Source of the DNA: Octopus sinensis
Taxonomy: Eukaryota
Direction of reading: 5' to 3'
DNA: 64,000 nucleotides
NCBI RefSeq assembly: GCF_006345805.1
Contig: NC_043015.1
Coordinates: 37,076,001-37,140,000 of the forward strand
A model generated the notes under the pieces. That model worked only from the letters and a program-made list of their open reading frames with translations. It had not been told where the DNA came from and did no database searches. Shown piece by piece: positions 27,051 to 39,855 of this stretch. How positions within the stretch are numbered: the stretch's first letter is position 1; every line of letters starts with the position of its first letter. The position numbers and the translations under genes are program-made.

Positions 27051-27882
27051 AGTGAACTCGGGTAATGATACACTTCATATTGGACGGAAGAGCTACATGG
27101 TACTTTCAGAGAACGCACATTAAAAGTTCATTGCACCTATCTTTCCTAGTCATTTTCCAGGAACCCACGCAAAGAACATGTATGTGTGTGTATACATACA
27201 TATATAAATATTTGCATACACACACACACACACACACTGTCACTCACACACACACACACACACACTGTCACTCACACACACACACATATGCGTGTATTGT
27301 TAGCTAAATATACTTAACATATCTGCTTTGTGTATTTTCCATTGTCATGGACAGGCGAAGTAATCAACCTCTTTTAAAACCTCTTTTAAAACCATTTGCT
27401 GGCTCGCCCGGAAGCTTCATACCTACACAAAAATTTAAATGCGAAGTAAAAGTACCTCAAATATAATGAATATTATTGATTCGTGGTGCTTTCAGATTTT
27501 ATATAATCCAGCACACCATCGCAGCCACCAGAAAATACCCAAATCATATACATTAAGTATATGTGGTTAACAGCTTTCATTATTCAAGAGCTTCTTTTAA
27601 TATGTAAATGTTCCCTTTTGTCCCATAAGTCAGCTTCAAAGCTCTCAAGTTACTCTACTGGGAGAGGGCAATTTGGGGATTTAAATCCGAAATTCTCTAC
27701 AGATGCAGCTGTTGAGTAATTCTCGGAGACTGCCTATATACGCACATATATAACCCATATATACCTATACATGATCGTATGATTCTATTACTGTATCCTC
27801 ATCGGTATATATAGATGGCTGTGTGTTTTATATCTCTCTAGATATGTATAAGTTTATATATATATATATATATATATATGAA

Positions 27883-28213
27883 GGCGCATGGCTCAGTGGT
27901 TAGAGCGTCGAGCTTACGATCGTGAGGTGGTGAGCTCGAATCCCGGACCGGGCTGCGTGTTGTGTTCTTGAGCAAGGCACTTTATTTCACGTTGCTCCAG
28001 TTCACTCAGCTGTAGAAATGAGTTGCGACGTCACTGGTGCCAAGCTGTATCGACCTTTGGCTTTCCCTTGGATATCACTGGTGGCGTGGAGAGGGGAGGC
28101 TGGTATGCATGGGCGACTGCTGGTCTTCCATAAACAACCTTGCCCGGACTGTGTCTAGGAGGGTAACTTTCTAGGTGCAATCCCATCGTCATTCATGACC
28201 GAAGGGGGTCAAC
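27883..28213 (+). mobile_element. tRNA-derived CORE-type SINE (family 1), copy 1
   Basis: A box TGGCTCAGTGG, B-box-like GCTCGAATCCC, then GTGTTCTTGAGCAAGGCACTT..CAGTTCACTCAGCTGTAGAAATG, which resembles the MIR/CORE domain. Embedded in (TA)n. Confidence 0.8.
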
Positions 28214-28215
28214 AC

Positions 28216-28248
<33 letters not shown>

Positions 28249-28581
28249 GAAGCGCATGGCTCAGTGGTTAGAGCGTCGAGCTTACGATCGTGAGGTGGTT
28301 GAGCTCGAATCCCGGACCGGGCTGCGTGTTGTGTTCTTGAGCAAGGCACTTTATTTCACGTTGCTCCAGTTCCTCAGCTGTAGAAATGAGTTGCGACGTC
28401 ACTGGTGCCAAGCTGTATCGACCTTTGGCTTTCCCTTGATATCCTGGTGGCGTGGAGAGGGGAGGCTGGTATGCATGGGCGACTGCTGGTCTTCCAAAAT
28501 AAACAACCTTGCCCGGACTTGTGTCTAGGAGGGTAACTTTCTAGGTCAATCCCATCGTCATTCATGACCGAAGGGGGTCAA

Positions 28582-28583
<2 letters not shown>
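28249..28583 (+). mobile_element. CORE-type SINE copy 2, near-identical tandem duplicate
   Basis: Matches copy 1 apart from mostly single-base indels; separated from it by about 35 nt of (TA)n. Confidence 0.8.
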
Positions 28584-28660
<77 letters not shown>

Positions 28661-28843
28661 GTGTGTGTGTTGTGTATATATATAATGTGTGTGTGTGTGT
28701 GTGTGTATGTGTGTTTGAGTGTGAGTGTCGTTATGCTTATGTTGATGCGTGTATATATGCATACAAACATACACACATACATACTTACATATATACATAC
28801 ATACACACACAGACACACACACACAACACACATAAATTTATAC

Positions 28844-28874
<31 letters not shown>

Positions 28875-28899
28875 CTTTATTTTAAGCAGCAGAAAATTC

Positions 28900-28953
28900 A
28901 ACAAAATCTGTTACTCTGAGTTTCTCGTTGCCGTTCATCAGACAGTTCTTGCT
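28900..28953 (-). ncRNA. Minimal type I hammerhead ribozyme motif
   Basis: AGCAAGAACUGU-CUGAUGA-ACG GCAA CGA-GAAA-CUC A GAG-UA^-ACAGAUUUUGUU. The core is intact, stem I pairs at 11/12 positions, stem II has a GNRA loop (closing pair A.A), stem III is a short palindrome and the cleavage triplet is GUA. Confidence 0.8.
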
Positions 28954-30252
28954 AGAATGGAACCGATATATGAATTCAATCTAGACTCTTACAAACGCTA
29001 CACCATTAAAAAGAAATGGACTTGTTTGATTGGCCCTTTAGAAAAAAACGGTCAATCTTCGAGCGATAAACAAAAAGGTCAAAAATATATGTATATATAT
29101 ATAAAAAAGCTTATAAAAATTATAAAATCCGAGGAAAAAACCTTGCATTGAATAAAATACATATTGACATTAATGAAGAAAGTATAAATTAATTCATAGG
29201 AATTAAACCTGTTATAAATATTACACTGCAATACATATTTTTATTAAAATGTGCATATATATATCAACATACACATATATATATATCAACATATATATAT
29301 ATAACAAAATCTCACATCAGGAATCTTGTAAAACGAATTGATAAACGGATATACGTATACATCGGTATATATATATATACGCACACGTACATATATAATT
29401 ACATGCATATTTGCGTAAGTATATGTACATGTATGATTATGGATATGTGTGTATATATTTGTATATGTATATATATATACATATATACACACGTATATAT
29501 ATACATAAATATACATAATAGATATACATATATATACACACATATGTATATATATATATACATATATATATATTTAAACATACATACACACACACACACA
29601 CACACATATACATATGCACATGTATGTGTGTATGTATGCATATACGTGTCTACGTAAATGCATTTATCTGTGAGAGTATATTGCAAAAATTGATGCATGA
29701 AAGCGAAACGCTGGCTTAGTTAGTTTAGCTAACAACAATAATAATCCCGCCAAATTGCTTGAACACACAGATGAGGCTCTTTCTCTGCCAATAAATATGA
29801 AGTGAAGTGTAATATTAAAGAAAGCAGGCAATGGTAATGTAATAAGCCCACTGGTGATGTGAAATCAGTGTGGAAGCGTAGTTATCAATAAAATGAAATT
29901 TATGGACGATAATTTTTAATTTATTTCCATAGGTTTGGATATAAAGCAAATTTATTGATATCGAAATTTTAGTTTTATCGCTCCCATTGTCATAACCGTC
30001 GATATGAACGGTAATCATTCCACGTGACCAGATACCTCCCTCCGATTGTCAATGACCGTGCATCCACGTTTGGCTTCAGTGTATATGATGCATATGAGCG
30101 CATGCACGCGAACACACGCAGGTGTATGCGCATACACACATGCACGCTTGCACACACACGGAGGTATACATAAAGAGAGGACATTATATATATATACACA
30201 CAAAAAGATATCTGTCTATAAACACACACACACATATATACAGGCGCATGTG

Positions 30253-30320
<68 letters not shown>

Positions 30321-31879
30321 CATACAGATAATAGTTAGATAGATATATAAGTAAACATGTGTGTGTATGTAGGGCGAATTAATGAGATATAGCATAATAG
30401 AATTAGATAAATATATACGTAGAGAGATATATTTTTATATAAGTATATACACACATACACTCATTTACATCTATGTACATATGAATGAATATATATGCAT
30501 ATGTAGGTATGTGTGTGTGTGTGCATGTATGTATAGTTAGAGAATGCGAGAGCGCGTGATAGAATTAGATATGTATGTAGAGAGATATTTTTATATATGT
30601 ATATACACATATACACTCATTTACATACATGTATGAATGTTTATATATATACAGACACATACATGTACACACACACATATATATATGTATACATACATAC
30701 ATATATATATATATATGCATAAATACACCATATATATATATATATATATATATACACTTATGCATATATTCTATGCGTGCATTTGCATCTGTGGTGGGGT
30801 TGTATCTCTAGTTGAGTTTATATTTCCGTATATTAATTTAATGCCGCATACATTGCATAAATCGTCAGATATCCATTGCATACATTCCATAAAATCATAA
30901 ATACAAAATGTCATAACGAATTGCTGCAAATATTTTTCATTCACCGCAGAGATCTCCCATTATAACTCCTAAACAAGCCAACACATCACTCTCTTCCTTA
31001 CCATTCTTTAATATTCCCTGACTTGTCTATCGATCATTTCTCTCATTTCATTGATATCTCTTCTCACCGACTTCACTCAACTCTTCAGCTTTATGGGGGA
31101 ATCTTTTAAAATGTAGTTGTATCATGATTCCTTCTTATTCTTCTTTTATCCAAACGATATTTATAATCCAAATCGTGAAATCCGACCTGTGTCATATTCC
31201 CTTCACACTCGTACCATTCTTATATCTACCAATGAGCGCAGTTTATTACTGTGTAGTGAAAAATCTATTTGCCACTCCGGTGTCCTGCATTTGATGAATC
31301 TGTGGAGTATCTTCACGAAATTGTTTCTTACATCGACTAATTCCATGGAATTTGATGGAAACTGCACAAAACTTCTTCAGTTGCGCGACTCTTATGAGGT
31401 CAGTGTTTTCTTTTTCGTTTCTTATCCTCAGTCTCAGAGGTTCTGCACTTTTATGATAATCTGGGTGGTGTGTTATATGATAATCTGGGTGGTCAGTTAT
31501 ATGGAAAAGAAATTTGTCTTGCAATGCCGAGACGAAAACAGCAATTGTTCGGGACACTCTCGGATTTACAGATTTCCTTTTTCCTTTCTTCGCATCAGTT
31601 GCGGAGTTTCTGTAATGTAATGTCTCTCGGGATGAAAGGATTGTCAGGTTGGACATTTAGACGTGTCGTTGGACGTGTTACCTTGCCTGCTTTATACAGT
31701 TGCCTTTGAAATTTGCTTTAGATAAGCCGCGATCATGTGTGTGTGCTTGAGGATCAAAACTATGTGGAGTCACATGCATGAGTGAGGGAGAGGGGGAGAG
31801 GGAGATACAGAGAGCGGAAGAAGGAGGGATTGATAGAAAGAGAGAAAAAGCGAGAGATCTAGAGAGAGGGAGAGACAAG

Positions 31880-32110
31880 GAGCGACTATTCCAGTTTGTT
31901 CCTCCATTGACTCTCATCAAATATTTCTTTTTTTTTAATGATAATTTCAAAGATAAAAGCAATTGTTTGAATTTTTCAATGGTTACAACTTTGAGCTGCA
32001 CCGATGTTTCGGCCGGCGCCTTCAACGCGATGATAATTTTGAGAACCTCGACAGAGAATCCATTCATTTTCGTTTGGTGATTTTCGTAGAACCCTTTCAA
32101 CGACACATAT
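31880..32110 (-). mobile_element. Possible internally deleted Tc1/mariner (maT-like) relic
   Basis: MNGFSVE-like start fused to a C-terminal-like PAETSVQLKVVTIEKFKQ..MRVNGG; weak similarity only. Confidence 0.3.
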
Positions 32111-32749
32111 TCGGGTCACGTCTCCGGATTGAAGCTAACGAAGACAATATTCCTCTTTGTCCCACCATTCACGAAAACCCTGAAAATACTTAGAAGAATT
32201 ATTGTTCTTCATCCTTTCATTAAAAGCAAATATACATCATGAAATAAATGAAAGACAAAGCTACAGAGATGCCTGAAACCGAAAACTGCAACCCTTCAAT
32301 GAGCTCGTCCAGTAATTCTAGCGACAGCAGTAAATATCACAAGCATTAAACACAATTAATATTGCTCCAGTTCCTGTCCATCCAATTCCATTGTCTAAAT
32401 ATGTTTCACTTCCATGTAATTTACTTGATACATAGTATAGATTCCACTAAGAATATTGGTTATTGTCTAGTGTCTTTGTCGTTGGAGTATAATACAATAT
32501 TGATGTGATATATATACAGAGTTTAATGGAGGTAACTATTGAATTGTATCTTGATAAATTCATTGTTCGCTAGTCTACCATGATAAGATGCTACGCTCTT
32601 ATTTATATCTACTTCAATTACCTCCTCCCACTCGTCCCCCACCTCTCGCATCTCCTATCTGCCTCTTGTTGCCTATCAACTGCGAGTATCTATCTGTCTA
32701 CCTGCTCGTCTGTCTGTCAGTCTGTCTATCGATCAAGGTATATTTGTGA

Positions 32750-32806
<57 letters not shown>

Positions 32807-33262
32807 CACACACTCACACACACACACACACACACACATACGTTTATGTATGGATGTGTGTGTAACTGTGTGTATGTGTCTGTGCATTTGTGTATATGTG
32901 TATATATGTATACATATAATAATATATATCTGCATATATACATATATATATATGCATATATACAAATAAATCTGCATATATACATATATATCTGTATATA
33001 TACACATATATATGTATGTGTGTATACGTGTGTGTGTGTACGCGCGCGTGCGTGCTTGTGTATGTGCGCGCGCGCCGTGTGCAGTTAGGTTATATTCTGT
33101 TAAGTGTGTAAAACGCGTCCACCTTCAGAATTCACCCTCTGCTATCCCGGAAGTTGTATTGTACATACTACCAGACTTGCGTTGAGGCTTCTGCATTGTG
33201 TGAATGGATAATTAAATAAGTTGGAGTCAATAAAGAAGGAGGTGAGAGGAACGTTTATTTGT

Positions 33263-33370
33263 AATCACTACAATTGTTTCCACGCAACGTAGTTCTCCAG
33301 GTTATCCGGTATTTGGTTATATAACCGTTTCAATGCATTATGAGATCTAGTTGTGTTTCGTCAGGTGATA
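33263..33370 (-). ncRNA. Tandem (dimeric-type) hammerhead-like motif pair, partly degenerate
   Basis: Unit 1: UAUCAC-CUGACGA..GAAACGGUUAUA. Unit 2: CUGGAGA..GAAAC AAUU GUA^GUGAU. AUCAC of unit 1 pairs with GUGAU of unit 2, and ACGGUU pairs with AAUUGU. Confidence 0.55.
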
Positions 33371-33555
33371 TATGAATATTTTTTCCTTAAACTCAAATTC
33401 CTGCCTTCAAGCTCATCCTTTCTGTCTGCCGTGGTTTGTGTGGTAGTAGTACCCACTCGGTGTATCAAAAACTGTTTTGGTCATAGGTGACGAGGTTGCT
33501 CAGCGTTATTCCGTCCATCTTTATGCTGTATTAGGTAATATATTCATTGAGGCTA

Positions 33556-33750
33556 AGGGCACGAATTGGCAGACTATTTAGCTCACTGGGTAAAAATGGT
33601 TGGCGGCATTTCGTCCGTCTTTATGTTCTGAGTTCAAAATCTGCCGAGGTCGAGTTTGCTTTTATCCTTTCAAGGCCGATAAAGTTATTCCCAGCTAAGC
33701 ACAGCGGTCGAGGTTATCTTATTCCGTCTAAGAACTGGCCCTGTTAGAAA
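33556..33750 (+). mobile_element. SINE family 2 copy
   Basis: GGCATTTCGTCCGTCTTTATGTTCTGAGTTCAAAATCTGCCGAGGTCGAGTTTGCTTT matches the family. Confidence 0.7.
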
Positions 33751-34201
33751 ACTTCCATCCAATATAATTTTGCTCTCTGTCTGAATGGTGAAGGACCGTT
33801 ACACACACGTATGCGCACACATACACACACACACACACACAGAGACACACGCACATACATGCAGACGCACAAACACACACAAATACTAAAAACATTGAAT
33901 ACAAGTTCAGACAAGTAGATATAAAAAAAAGTGAATAAAATGAAAAAATAAGCATAAGAAAATGATAGAAAGAAATAAGAATTGTGTCTTCTATCATGGA
34001 ATGGCCATTGTACTGAGACAATAGTAGTTCTTGAATGGAATAATAGAATACACCTGGGTGTGTTTTGTTTCGATGGACAGCAGCAAAGAGGAAGTGAGTT
34101 ATACATCACAGTGACATCCCTGGTCTTATGCAAGTACAGACACAGAAAAAAGCCTATGTGAATGTGCATGTTTATATGTGTATATCTATCTATCTATCTA
34201 C

Positions 34202-34246
<45 letters not shown>

Positions 34247-34257
34247 CATCTATCTAC

Positions 34258-34309
<52 letters not shown>

Positions 34310-34328
34310 ATATCTATCTATCTATACA

Positions 34329-34372
<44 letters not shown>

Positions 34373-34723
34373 TACACCCACATACACGCACACACACACA
34401 CACACATGTATATACATAGAGAGAGAGAAAGTGTTAGATATAGATAGATAAATGCATATATATATATATATATAATATATATATAATATATTATATATAA
34501 CTACTATAACATAATATATGTATATATATATATATCCATGCACACATACATTAAATACATACTCACAAACATACATACACACATACATAGAACGGCCATA
34601 CACACATACAAGGAACGGCCATAATAGGCCATTCACCCACTAGAAATAACAGCCAAAGCTTCAACCGCAAAATAACATTAATTCCGTAAACCAGGAGAAA
34701 ATTAAAAAAACATTACCCTATAC

Positions 34724-34794
<71 letters not shown>

Positions 34795-35970
34795 CTTGTG
34801 TCATAAGTTGTGCAATGGTATTGGTTGTTTGCCTGTATATGTATAAGTAACTGATGCATGCTAATTGGTTAAGAAATCCGCTTCGGAACCAAGAAATCCC
34901 GCTTTCGACACCACTGCACGTCAACTGCAAGATATGCATTTTACAGTGTCATTCGCCTGAACTAAACCTCATTAGTGACCTTGAGTGGAATGTATAGATT
35001 TTTGGGTAGAATACAGGTGCCATATACGTTGCGTGGTCCACCCGTGGCATACACTGTATAAAACTGATTCCTTCCAAGCATTAAGCGAACGGTAAATACT
35101 CAGCTAAATACTCCATCATACAATGAATTAGTTTGTTCCTTTCGTTACATAAATGTGTGTTACTGACGTTAGTGTGAGGAAGCATGCCAGCATTTACGCT
35201 TTTGCGTGAGGATATGTGGACGAGTATACCTTTGATCATAGGGTAAAATTATGTACGAGAACGATATAGTAATCAGAGTGTGCGTGTCCGTACATGTATA
35301 TTATGTGTCTATATATATTGTGCGTGTGAGTGTGTGTATATATATATATGTAATATATATATATACTTTTTAGGTGTATTCATATTGTATTTGTATATGT
35401 ATATTGTGAATGTTTGTGTATGCATGTGTGTATGTGTGTATTGTGTGTTTGTATGTCCCTGAAGAAAGATGGACGTTTGTATGACAATGGATTATATTCC
35501 GATCAGTGTGTAAGAGTGTGTAGGAGTGCGCGAGTCTCTTTGGGTGTGTTTCTGTGTGTGTATGTGTGTGTTTATGAAAGAGCATGTGTGTATGTGTGTC
35601 TGTTAGAGAGAGTGTATGTGTGTGCATGCGCACGTGTGAGTGTGTATAGTTGACTGTGCAAGTGTAAGACTATACGTAGATGTGTGTATATCCCTTAAGT
35701 CAGGGTGTATGTTTCTGTGAGAAGAGATGACCAGACATTTATTGTATGTATATGTGTGTTTGTAAGAGTGTACTTTTGTATGGGAGAGAGAGAAAGAGAG
35801 GGAAAGAGAGCGATAGGTAGATAGGGAGAGATAGAAAGAGTAAATGGACGTAAGAGCAAGAGAGAGTGTGGATGGTTTTATGTGAGAGCAGTGTGCATGT
35901 TTGAGGGATCAAAGATTAGTCGACCTATGTGGGGGTGTGCACATGTGCGTGTACGTATATGCCTGTGTAT

Positions 35971-36013
<43 letters not shown>

Positions 36014-36541
36014 TGAGTGACAGAGTGAAATAGAAAGAGCGAGTAAATGAGTGAGTGTTGAGAGAAAGTGTAGAAGTGTGTATTCTGACACAGAGTGTCT
36101 GTTTACATATGTGTAATCTTAGATTCAGTGTTTGAGAGTGTGAAAGTGAATGTGTATGTTTGTGTGTGTATGTGAACGAGAGGGAGTGTGTGTGTGTGTG
36201 TGGTGTGTGTGTGTGTGTGTGTGTGTGTTAGTGTGTGTTAGGCGTGTGGAAGTAGGGAAATAGAATTGGAAATTTAAAGGTAGGTTTTACTGCTGATGTG
36301 ATGCATATGCAGTATATGGAAGTGGTTGGCGTTGATGGAGGAGTTGGGTGCCAAAGAAGGGTGCGGGTTGGTCGATGCGGAATAAACGTGTATGAAATTC
36401 TTTGAAAAATCCATCTTTCTATAATCAGGAGCTGAAGCAGAAAGTGAAGGTTTGTGGACAAATATACAGTTTCTTCGCAAGAGACAGACAACTGGCACTT
36501 GAAATGACAGCCATTCAAGAGAACCTGAAGAGACGGAGAGG

Positions 36542-36585
<44 letters not shown>

Positions 36586-36733
36586 GGGGGGTGGAGATTG
36601 AGATGGAGCGATGTAAGTGTGAGAGGAAGAACACGAAGACGAGAAAGCGCGAATGGAGTTTCGATAAATGAAAGTAATCCTTGGGATATGATAGGAGGAA
36701 AATGAAATAACAGATAATGATGGTGACGATGAC

Positions 36734-36816
<83 letters not shown>

Positions 36817-36846
36817 GAAGAAGAAGAAGAAGAAGGAGCATAATTT

Positions 36847-38243
36847 TCTTAGCACTAGGGTGAAGGTTGTGGGGGGAAATACAAAGAGAGAGATAAAGTG
36901 GAGAGGTTTACATATAATGAAATATCAAAAAAATGTATATATTTAATTATAGAAATTATACACGGTATACAATAATGCAGAGAAGGGACAATACATGTTT
37001 TACAACACTAAAAAAAAGGACAAAAATGTGAGGTATGATTGGGAAATCTTCCTAGTACAGGACGACCTCTAAGGAAAATCGAGTAACACCACTCTCCAAG
37101 GTTTCCCTAAACACAAAGAGCCAGTGCCCTCCCCGATTTCTGTTCTCCGACTCACAGGTCATAACATAGTGCCGTAATATCCATTCTTGCCATTTTCACA
37201 ACTTTCACCAATATTTCAATAAATTTACTCCAGGACAGCACCACCATCTTCGCCATCACTTTCGTTTACAAGTGAAACTTGGAAATGTCAGTGAGGGCTC
37301 CACCAAAGAGTGTTGCCACTTTTCTCATTCTTTTCAACCTCGTCCGTCAAAGTGTTTCGCAACAGCCACCAGTCAAAAGAGAACTACCCTAAATCTCCGA
37401 TTGGCGACGGGACAATCGTGACTATGGCCTCAGCCGACCGACATATCCGTTTCCCCTGCAACAGCAGCTGCTTCACATATATCCACTAGTCAGCAATGCC
37501 AAGACACTGCAGGTGTCTGTTCAGAAAGGGTTTTGTTGCTCTGCGCGCAACTTATACAAACCCGTCTGACTGGACATCAGTGTCTATAGAGTTTATCTCG
37601 AACTAGTAGCACCCCCTGATAGAACTGCCAAATTAAAGACATCTTTAAATTATCCAACAAGAAAAGTCCTCCGGAACAGTTCGTTGTCGTCGACGCCCAG
37701 TTTCCTCCGCAAACGTTGTCGAAATTCCCCCTCGGTTAACACTCCATATGTTGGTGATGTGCAACATCGATCCCATCGCGCGATTGGTTGAGGGCTGTGA
37801 GTTCCTGACAATATTCTAGCTGCCTGGCGTCCAGTCTTTGTTTTTCATCACCGTGAATGCACATCCATCAAGGAGACAAGTTATGGAAAGACGTGCCTCT
37901 TAAACGAAGCTCACATTAGTCCACCGACCCGAAATCCTTGCAGATCGCGCTACCAGAGCGCGTGTCAACGCATGAGAAGTCATGGCATGTCCAAGTTGCT
38001 ACTCAGTGGGTACTGAGAAAAAACCGTCCGCCTGACCATTGGAACGTGTCCATCTCACAAGACATTAATTAAAAGATGACCTAACATGGCCATGCAGTTA
38101 CCGGGGCAGGGGATGACGGTCAAGGGATACATGATGACGAAGGCGTCGTAGGCGTTCGTTACCTCTGCCCTACTTTTTAGGGACAGCTTCCTATCTGCCC
38201 ATATCTGGGTAAAACTCCTTAACCGGTTCGTCACATTGTCCCA
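36847..38243 (-). mobile_element. Tx1/L1-clade LINE, 5'-truncated and degraded (post-RT region, zinc finger, 3' UTR)
   Basis: WADRKLSLKSRAEV..YPLTVIPCP..VPMVRR; LVRDKLYRH*CPVRRVCISC (zf-RVT-like); KMARMD near the ORF end; T-rich 3' UTR ending at a microsatellite. Confidence 0.72.
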
Positions 38244-38286
<43 letters not shown>

Positions 38287-38288
<2 letters not shown>

Positions 38289-38835
38289 CCAGTACATACA
38301 GACCGAACCATCATCCAGTACATACAGACCGAACCATCAAGGCCAATAAACCAGATATTGTTGTGAAAGACCAAAACAATAAACTTTGCTTATTGATCGA
38401 CATGAGCATCCCCTGTGATCATAATATCTCAGCGAAAGAGTTTGACAAGCTCAGAAAATATAAAGACCTACTCATTGAAATTGAGAAAATGTGGCATCTC
38501 AAGGCGGTTACAATACCAGTGATCGTAGGAGCACTAGGATTGATCAAGAAGGGAACCGAAAATTATGAGAGAATGATCCCTGGCTTACCATCCCTGCAAG
38601 AAGTGCAAAAGATTGTCTTAACTGGTACATCACACGTATTGAGAAGAGCATTGTCGATGTGAGTACTGTTGCTGCTCATGTATTTTAATTTAACTTTAAA
38701 AAAAAAAAAAAAATATGAACGAACTACTGAGTTTGGTTTAATGGCCTACCAATATACACTATGAGTTTCTTTGCCCTAGGAGTCGGGAAGACACTCGGCA
38801 AGAAATGGAAGAAAATTTGAAAGAAGAAAAAAAAG
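38287..38835 (+). mobile_element. R4/Dong-like LINE 3' fragment (RLE domain and 3' UTR) in (TAA)n
   Basis: PVHTDRTIKANKPDIVVKDQNNKLCLLIDMSIPCDHNISAKEFDKLRKYKDLLIEIEKMWHLKAVTIPVIVGALG..GTSHVLRRALSM*. (TAA)n at 38244-38286 and 38836-38855. Confidence 0.9.
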
Positions 38836-39233
38836 TAATAATAATAATAATAATGACGGTGAAGACAACGCCAATGATGATGATGATGAGAACAATGAAG
38901 ATGAAATCGCAGCAGCAGCATAAAAAGATGGAGGAAATATAGAGAAGTAGAAGAAGGAGGCGGATGTGAAGGAGGAGGAGGAGGAGCAGAAGGAGGAGGA
39001 CCACGAGGAGAAAGAGGAAGAGAAGAAGAAGAAGAAGAAAGAAGAAGAAGAGAAGAAGAAGAAGAAGAAGGAGGAGGAGAATAAAAAGTGGAATTGTAAA
39101 ATACGGTCTAAGTAAGTTGTTCTATGAACCCCACACTGATGAGACAAAGGGAAAGAGATGATATTCGTTCATCCAAAGAGGAATTTGCTGAAAATTTTCA
39201 ACGCCTGACAACTTCTGTTCATCTCTAACACTT

Positions 39234-39666
39234 ACACAACCACAGGTACACAAATTCATACACAACCACAGGTACACAAATTCATACACAACCACAGGTA
39301 CACAAATTCATACACAACCACAGGTACACAAATTCATACACAACCACAGGTACACAAATTCATACACAACCACAGGTACACAAATTCATACACAACCACA
39401 GGTACACAAATTCATACACAACCAGGTACACAAATTCATACACAACCACAGGTACATAAATTCATACACAACCACAGGTACACAAATTCATACACAACCA
39501 CAGGTACACAAATTCATACACAACCACAGGTACACAAATTCATACACAACCACAGGTACACAAATTCATACACAACCACAGGTACACAAATTCATACACA
39601 ACCACAGGTACACAAATTCATACACAACCACAGGTACACAAATTCATACACAACCACAGGTACACA
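39234..39666. repeat. 26-bp minisatellite (ACACAACCACAGGTACACAAATTCAT), about 17 copies
   Basis: Period 26 read directly; I saw only one 2-nt deletion (about 39421) and one substitution (about 39457). Confidence 0.95.
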
Positions 39667-39821
39667 TGTGCGTTATGTCTAGTTGAGCGTGTGCGAGTGG
39701 TTGCGCGAAAGTGTATCCGCGCGTCTTTCTCTAACCATCCATAAAATATCAATATATAGTTGAAAGTATGTACGTAAGCATGTACGTTTGTGTGTGTATG
39801 TGTGTATATATACATATATAC

Positions 39822-39855
<34 letters not shown>

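Noticed and set aside
27883-27955. tRNA-Arg(ACG)-like gene
   Set aside because: It has no proper acceptor stem or terminator and runs into a CORE-like body, so it is a SINE head.
39234-39666. 26-bp array as a CRISPR
   Set aside because: The units are contiguous and identical with no spacers, there are no cas genes and the context is eukaryotic.
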